From: Anaerohalosphaeraceae bacterium
GTDB lineage: Bacteria; Planctomycetota; Phycisphaerae; Sedimentisphaerales; Anaerohalosphaeraceae
Reading direction: 5' to 3'
Assembly: GCA_050309605.1 (NCBI GenBank)
Contig: JBNRMN010000086.1
Location: 1-12,795 of the forward strand
Length of the DNA stretch: 12,795 bases
This document shows, in pieces, positions 8,407 through 12,795 of this stretch. How positions within the stretch are numbered: position 1 is the stretch's first letter; every line of letters begins with the position of its first letter. Under the pieces are notes generated by a model. The model had not been told where the DNA came from. It made no database searches and saw nothing but the letters and a program-made list of their open reading frames with translations. A program made the translations under genes and the position numbers.

Positions 8407-10149
8407 TTAGAATTGGTTTTGAAGCAGGGCGTTCTGTACCTCGACGCCGAGGGATTGGGCTTTTCGGGCATATTGATAGGCCAGATCGTAATGTTTGAGT
8501 TGATAACAGGAAATCGCCAGTCCGTTGAAGGCGGCGCCGTTGGTCGGTTCGAGTTCGACCGCCGCCAGAAAAGATGCGATGGCCTTCTCGTGCAGGTCTT
8601 GCCGCGCCATCGCCACGCCGAGATTGTAATACAGCGCCGCGTTGGCCGGGTCAATGACAATGGCCTGCTGATACAAATCAGCCGCCGTGTCGTAGTGTTC
8701 CAGTGCCATCCAGGCCTTGCCGAGATTTTGAATCGCACCGGTCATCGTCGGATCAATCTGCAGCGCCTGTTCATATGCCCAAATTTCCGAGTCGATCTGA
8801 CCGAGCAAATGATAGGCCTGTGCCAGTCCAAAATAGGCCTGGGCCGATTGCGGCGACCAGGCCAGCGCCGTTTGAAAAGTCATGATGGCCTGCTCGGCCT
8901 CATTGCGGGCCAGATGGATTGAGCCTAAGCCCAGCCGCGCTTCAATGAGATCGACGGACAAGGCCAGCGCCGTTTCAAAGTGCTGCCGTGCGGCCAAAAG
9001 ATCCTCAGCCTGCCGGTAAACCTGTCCCAGCAAAAGATAGGTTTGTGCTTCCTGCGGTTTTACGGCGATGGCGGTGTTCAGTTGCGCCACGGCCTTATCC
9101 GTCATGCCCTGTGACAGATAGACCAGCGCCAGGTTGCGATAGGCTTCCGTATAATCCGGATTCAGGCTCAGGGCGGTCTTGAGGCTGGATTCGGCCTTGC
9201 GATAGTCTTTGAGCTGAAGCCATGCGGTTCCCATATTATTGAACGTAATCACGTCCTGTCCGAGCAGGGCCAGCGCCTGTTCATACGAAGCGATAGCCTG
9301 TCGATGCTGCTGCCGGTGCAGATAGATATTGCCCAGATTGGTGTGCGCTTCGCCCAAATGGGGGGCCAACTGTACCGCCCGCTGAAGCGCCGCAAATGCC
9401 GCATCCTGAAGACCGACCTGACTGTAGCTGTTGCCCAGATTGTTGTAAAAACACCCCAGCGTCTGCCGTCGGGTCAGATTTTTCATATACAGTGAGTTGG
9501 GTCGGTTGGGCGGTTTGAACTTGTCCAGATAATACGAATCCTCGACGAATGCGCCCTGTGAAGTGGTTTCGATGTTGTAACGGACTCGTCCGTCATCATA
9601 GCGCACGAAAAAATGTCCCGGCGCCACCACGCCGTACATCGGCAGTCCCAGCCGTTCGGCAATGGCCAGATACAGAATCGACAGACTCAGACAATAGCCC
9701 CGTCGGCGATCGAGCACAATATGCAGGAACAAATCTTCCGGATCGTCGGCGGTCTGGACCGTTCGAAACCCCAGCTCCTCGAACAGATAGGTGTTGATGA
9801 TCGGCAGGGCGCGATGGTCGGTCGGGATATTTTTTTCTTTGAGTTGCTTTTGAAGGGTCTCGGCCATGTCGTCGATTTTGCGCCGGTAGGCGTGCAGTGT
9901 CTGCCGCGTGCCCCAGTCCCGCGACAAAATCAGGGCCGCCGTGCCCAGATCGACGTCCTCTTCCTGCAGCCGAAGTACGCCTTCAATGCTCAGCACACGC
10001 AGGCCGCGTTTGTTCCGGTTGGCCAGCGCCCCGTCGGCCCAGGCCGCCGTCAGCAGCAGCACCGCCGAGGCGAACATCAGGCCGAATACCCGAGGCAGTC
10101 GCTCAGTTCGTTTGGGCGCGATTAAAGCACGCTGTAACGGTTGCGTCAT
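8407..10149 (-). CDS. SirB1/transglutaminase-like domain protein with a C-terminal TPR array
   Basis: RBS GAGGG precedes ATG 10149. Signal/TM segment (VFGLMFASAVLLLTAAWA); 'LHIVLDRRRGYCLSLSILYLAIAERLGLPMYGVVAPGHFFVRY' is the SirB1/Transglut_core2 pattern; about 10 TPR units follow (YNNLGNSY, HTNLGNIY, YYNLGVAM). Confidence 0.88.
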   Translation of the reverse strand: MTQPLQRALIAPKRTERLPRVFGLMFASAVLLLTAAWADGALANRNKRGLRVLSIEGVLRLQEEDVDLGTAALILSRDWGTRQTLHAYRRKIDDMAETLQKQLKEKNIPTDHRALPIINTYLFEELGFRTVQTADDPEDLFLHIVLDRRRGYCLSLSILYLAIAERLGLPMYGVVAPGHFFVRYDDGRVRYNIETTSQGAFVEDSYYLDKFKPPNRPNSLYMKNLTRRQTLGCFYNNLGNSYSQVGLQDAAFAALQRAVQLAPHLGEAHTNLGNIYLHRQQHRQAIASYEQALALLGQDVITFNNMGTAWLQLKDYRKAESSLKTALSLNPDYTEAYRNLALVYLSQGMTDKAVAQLNTAIAVKPQEAQTYLLLGQVYRQAEDLLAARQHFETALALSVDLIEARLGLGSIHLARNEAEQAIMTFQTALAWSPQSAQAYFGLAQAYHLLGQIDSEIWAYEQALQIDPTMTGAIQNLGKAWMALEHYDTAADLYQQAIVIDPANAALYYNLGVAMARQDLHEKAIASFLAAVELEPTNGAAFNGLAISCYQLKHYDLAYQYARKAQSLGVEVQNALLQNQF

Positions 10150-10429
10150 CCAGTCCCTCAACGACAATATGTTTGATCGGTGCGGTCTGTCCTGAAATTA
10201 TTTTGACCGCGTTCTTTTTGACGGACAACAGCCCGGCCAGATACGCGATGAGGGCTTTGTTGGCCTTGCCCTTTTCCGGCACAGCGGCCAGACGAATCCT
10301 CATCATCCCGTCGTGCATCCCGCAGTATTGTGTTCGGCTGCTGCCGGGAACTACCTTGACGGTCAATCGGGCGCCGGACGGGACGGCTGCCTCTGTTTTA
10401 TCGGCTGTCTTGTCGGCTGCCTTATACAT
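10103..10429 (-). CDS. yggU: DUF167 / YggU (UPF0235) family protein
   Basis: Motifs LTVKVVPGSSR, RIRLAAVPEKGKANKALIAYLA, VKIISGQTAPIKHIVV. ATG 10429 overlaps the upstream TAA. Confidence 0.9.
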   Translation of the reverse strand: MYKAADKTADKTEAAVPSGARLTVKVVPGSSRTQYCGMHDGMMRIRLAAVPEKGKANKALIAYLAGLLSVKKNAVKIISGQTAPIKHIVVEGLDDATVTACFNRAQTN

Positions 10430-10730
10430 TTTCACGAATATTTTGCCCGACTGCAAACTGAATATACCGTTCAATCTGCTGGGCCAGCTCGTTGAGCGAA
10501 TCCAGTTGAAAGTCCTGATGATGCCCCAACACAAAATCGCCGTTGAGCGTCTTTTTGAAGATTTTCACCCGGATCGACGGGCCGGACGGCCCGGCAAGGC
10601 CGAATGAGACGTTGCGATGTTCCCATAACTCCACTTTCCAGTCCTCACTGATGAAGACCAGGCTCTGGCCGGTGTTGACCGCCATCGGGAAATAGTCATA
10701 TAAAAGACGCAGTATATCATAATTAGCCAT
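10422..10730 (-). CDS. Hypothetical protein (about 102 aa), first gene of the operon
   Basis: ORF is coupled to yggU (8-nt overlap), has a plausible RBS (GGATGGAAG) before ATG 10730 and a promoter upstream. No family recognised; the start could be 10739. Confidence 0.75.
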   Translation of the reverse strand: MANYDILRLLYDYFPMAVNTGQSLVFISEDWKVELWEHRNVSFGLAGPSGPSIRVKIFKKTLNGDFVLGHHQDFQLDSLNELAQQIERYIQFAVGQNIRENV

Positions 10731-10780
10731 TGCTTCCATCCAGTTCAAAACCACACATAACCTAACATTGTTGTCCCCAA

Positions 10781-10808
10781 ATTATACACCCGATCCCGCG
10801 AAAGTAAA
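10781..10808 (-). promoter_or_regulatory. Sigma70-type promoter for the minus-strand operon
   Basis: Minus strand reads TTTACT-16 bp-TATAAT (perfect -10 at 10786-10781), about 50 bp upstream of the first ATG. Confidence 0.6.
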
Positions 10809-10861
10809 CACGCGAAATTGCCGTCTTTTCAAGATGAAGTTATCTTAGAATTAGAACATAA

Positions 10862-12094
10862 CGGCACGATGACGCCGGGAATCTGACGGGCGATCATCGG
10901 GGGTATGTGTATGAATACGATATGGAAAATCGCTTGACAAAAGTGTCTCGGTCGGATAGTACTGTGGTTGCGACGTTCGCGTATGATGCGTTAGGCCGAA
11001 GGATTGAGACGGTGGATGCGATAGCGGGTACGACAACGCGGTATTATTACGACGACCAGCGGGTGGCGGTCCAGACGCAGGTTTCCGGCGGTGTGGAGTC
11101 GGATTTCCGCTATTACGTCTTCGGCAACTATATCGACGAGGTGCTGGTGATGGCCGTTATTCCCGCGCAGGGACCAATCCAGGACCTCTACTACGCCCAC
11201 GACCACCTCTACAGCCCCGTCGCGCTGCTGGATGACACCGGCGCTATCGCCGAACGCTATGAATACGACGCCTACGGCCAAGTCCAAGTCCTTGCTCCGA
11301 ACTACGAACTAAGAACTACGAACTTGTACGGGAATCCGTACTATTTCACCGGCCGCGAACTGGACATCCTCGACGCCGGCACCCTGCGCCTGATGTACTA
11401 CCGCGCCCGCACCTACGACCCTGAAACCGGAAGGTTTATGCAGAGGGATCCGTTAGGGGTTAATCCGGCTGGTGGGGGTATTAACCCATTTGGTGTTCGA
11501 AAACAATACAGAGATGGTCTAAATCTTTATAATTATGTACGAAGCGAGCCCGTCAATAGCCTTGATCCGTATGGTTTGGCATGGGGAAATCGAGACTTTG
11601 TAGAGCATTATTTTGGTCGTGGTTTTTTGAATGGAGACTGGTTAATGCCTGGAACATCGGTTGACTTGTCAGAAATAGGGCTATTGGGGACGTTTCGTGG
11701 AGCTAAGGATGTTGTGGCGAAAGTTGATGAGTTTTATGCATTAGTCGAAAAAGCAGTCGAACGACGAATCACACAAATGAGATGTGGTGATTGGACAGGT
11801 TTTTCTCTCAAAAAGAATACTGTAACGAATGTTACACGTGAAATATTTTCAGTTGGCCGAAGTACATTTTTTAGAACGGCCAGTTGCATTGTTCGGTCAG
11901 TTTGCCAAACCCCCTGTTGCTGGAGTTATTCTTGCACATTATCCTTTGGTATCAAAGATAGGTTTGAAGATCCGTTGGATATGGGCTACGAAGTGGTCGG
12001 AGGAACAGTCTATGGAATCACAGCCTCTTGGGTAGAAGGATTAGCAGGGGGGTGTGGAGTTTTTCCCCCATTGCCAGATGCTCCTCAACTGTGA
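10862..12094 (+). CDS. rhs: Orphan (5'-truncated) Rhs core with a polymorphic C-terminal toxin domain
   Basis: YD repeats (HDDAGNLT, YEYDMENRL, YDALGRR, YEYDAYG), core motif GNPYYFTGRELD...YYRARTYDPETGRFMQRDPLG, and PVNSLDPYGL cleavage motif ending at 11578. Rhs homology begins right after TAA 10859-10861, upstream of the GTG at 10907. Confidence 0.9.
   Translation, partial: RHDDAGNLTGDHRGYVYEYDMENRLTKVSRSDSTVVATFAYDALGRRIETVDAIAGTTTRYYYDDQRVAVQTQVSGGVESDFRYYVFGNYIDEVLVMAVIPAQGPIQDLYYAHDHLYSPVALLDDTGAIAERYEYDAYGQVQVLAPNYELRTTNLYGNPYYFTGRELDILDAGTLRLMYYRARTYDPETGRFMQRDPLGVNPAGGGINPFGVRKQYRDGLNLYNYVRSEPVNSLDPYGLAWGNRDFVEHYFGRGFLNGDWLMPGTSVDLSEIGLLGTFRGAKDVVAKVDEFYALVEKAVERRITQMRCGDWTGFSLKKNTVTNVTREIFSVGRSTFFRTASCIVRSVCQTPCCWSYSCTLSFGIKDRFEDPLDMGYEVVGGTVYGITASWVEGLAGGCGVFPPLPDAPQL
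11298..11324 (+). repeat. Heptamer tandem repeat (CGAACTA)x~4 within the Rhs core
   Basis: CGAACTA CGAACTA AGAACTA CGAACT. Confidence 0.85.
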
Positions 12095-12117
12095 ACGAAA
12101 ACCATGGAGATGATAAA

Positions 12118-12642
12118 ATGTATTCTGTGGGATGTATCTTGTTGATGAATATTCTTGCCAGTGGATGGAACGACTATGATATCCATTTGGTGAAAGGGTA
12201 TCGATTGGTGAGAACTAATGCCTCTACCGTTGTTATTTTTGAAGAAAAGGAAGGCTTTGTAGTCCCTCCCAAGATTACAGGCTTGAGTATCAAAGGAGAC
12301 TTGATATTCGGTTTATGTGAACCATCCAAAAACCCTGATATTCCTTATGTTCCTGGCTATTTTCTGTTGGATACACAAGAATCAGTTGTGAAAATAGGGC
12401 TTACAAAAGCTGAGTGGTTGAACGAATTAAAGAAATATAATATCTCGAAAGCCCCCCCTCTACGACAACCAAGCCGGTACTGGAACATTACGAAATACGT
12501 AAGAAGCTCTATTTGGATGTTTTTATCCGGATGCGTAGTCTTTTTGATTTTAAGAAGACTGAGTGTTTTAGGAAGGAAAACGAAATGGGGGCAGGCACTT
12601 TGTTCGACAACAAACAAGAGTGATGACATTGAAAAGAGCTGA
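12118..12642 (+). CDS. Putative Rhs immunity protein, DUF3997-like, membrane-anchored (174 aa)
   Basis: GGAG RBS precedes ATG 12118, 23 bp after the toxin stop; AT-rich like the toxin tip. N-terminal hydrophobic stretch, 'DYDIHLVKGYRLVRTN...VPPKI...YFLLD...GLTKAEW..ELKK' resembling DUF3997 (from memory), and a C-terminal TM (IWMFLSGCVVFLIL-RR). Confidence 0.75.
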   Translation: MYSVGCILLMNILASGWNDYDIHLVKGYRLVRTNASTVVIFEEKEGFVVPPKITGLSIKGDLIFGLCEPSKNPDIPYVPGYFLLDTQESVVKIGLTKAEWLNELKKYNISKAPPLRQPSRYWNITKYVRSSIWMFLSGCVVFLILRRLSVLGRKTKWGQALCSTTNKSDDIEKS

Positions 12643-12646
12643 CAAG

Positions 12647-12795
12647 ACGACAACGCGATATTACTACAACGACCAGCGGGTGGCGGTCCAGACGCAGGTT
12701 TCCGGCGGTGTGGAGTCGGATTTCCGGCATTACGTCTTTGGCAACTATATCGACGAGGTGCTGGTAATGGGCTATCGCCTCAGCTCTTCATGGAT
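12647..12795 (+). pseudogene. rhs: Start of a second orphan Rhs cassette (no start codon; runs off the window)
   Basis: 12647-12770 repeats 11030-11153 (124 bp, 7 mismatches by manual alignment). Reads TTTRYYYNDQRVAVQTQVSGGVESDFRHYVFGNYIDEVLVM and stays open to the window end. Confidence 0.88.

Noticed and set aside
10393..10424. 12-bp imperfect repeat encoding KAADKTADKT in yggU
   Set aside because: Short, in-frame, low-complexity N-terminal linker with no sign of function.
4433..10607. Plus-strand ORFs opposite the minus-strand operon (e.g. 4433-5182, 6068-6727, 7532-8410, 9897-10607)
   Set aside because: They overlap well-supported genes on the other strand and lack family motifs.
12028..12117. 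Longer start for the immunity ORF (204 aa)
   Set aside because: It overlaps the toxin 3' end; ATG 12118 has a good GGAG RBS and places the hydrophobic segment at the N-terminus.
11030..12770. Diversity-generating retroelement TR/VR pair or CRISPR array
   Set aside because: Mismatches are not adenine-specific and are mostly synonymous, there is no reverse transcriptase in the window, and there is no repeat-spacer periodicity. Rhs cassette duplication explains the repeat.

Overview
Bacterial genomic window; the gene content and sequence style suggest a planctomycete, possibly Phycisphaerae (inference only). (1) 1-951: right-hand end of an integrated phage-like element. A 5'-truncated Mu gpT-like major capsid gene and a terminator are followed about 350 bp later by the 3' two-thirds of a tRNA-Arg gene, an att-type remnant. 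(2) 1052-4124: two tandem Tat-exported Cys-type (formylglycine) sulfatases. (3) 4163-10730, minus strand: a six-gene, probably envelope-related operon (hypothetical, DUF167/YggU, SirB1/transglutaminase-like + TPR, AsmA-like, FG-GAP propeller protein, GT9 glycosyltransferase) with a sigma70-like promoter. (4) 10862-end: an orphan Rhs polymorphic-toxin cassette array, made of a headless Rhs core with a Cys-rich 171-aa C-terminal domain, a membrane-anchored DUF3997-like putative immunity gene, and the start of a second Rhs cassette (124-bp repeat, 7 mismatches). Most notable: by eye, the Rhs C-terminal domain follows the motif order of the colicin M (lipid II-degrading) catalytic domain and is paired with a periplasm-facing immunity candidate. 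All family assignments come from motif recognition, not database searches.
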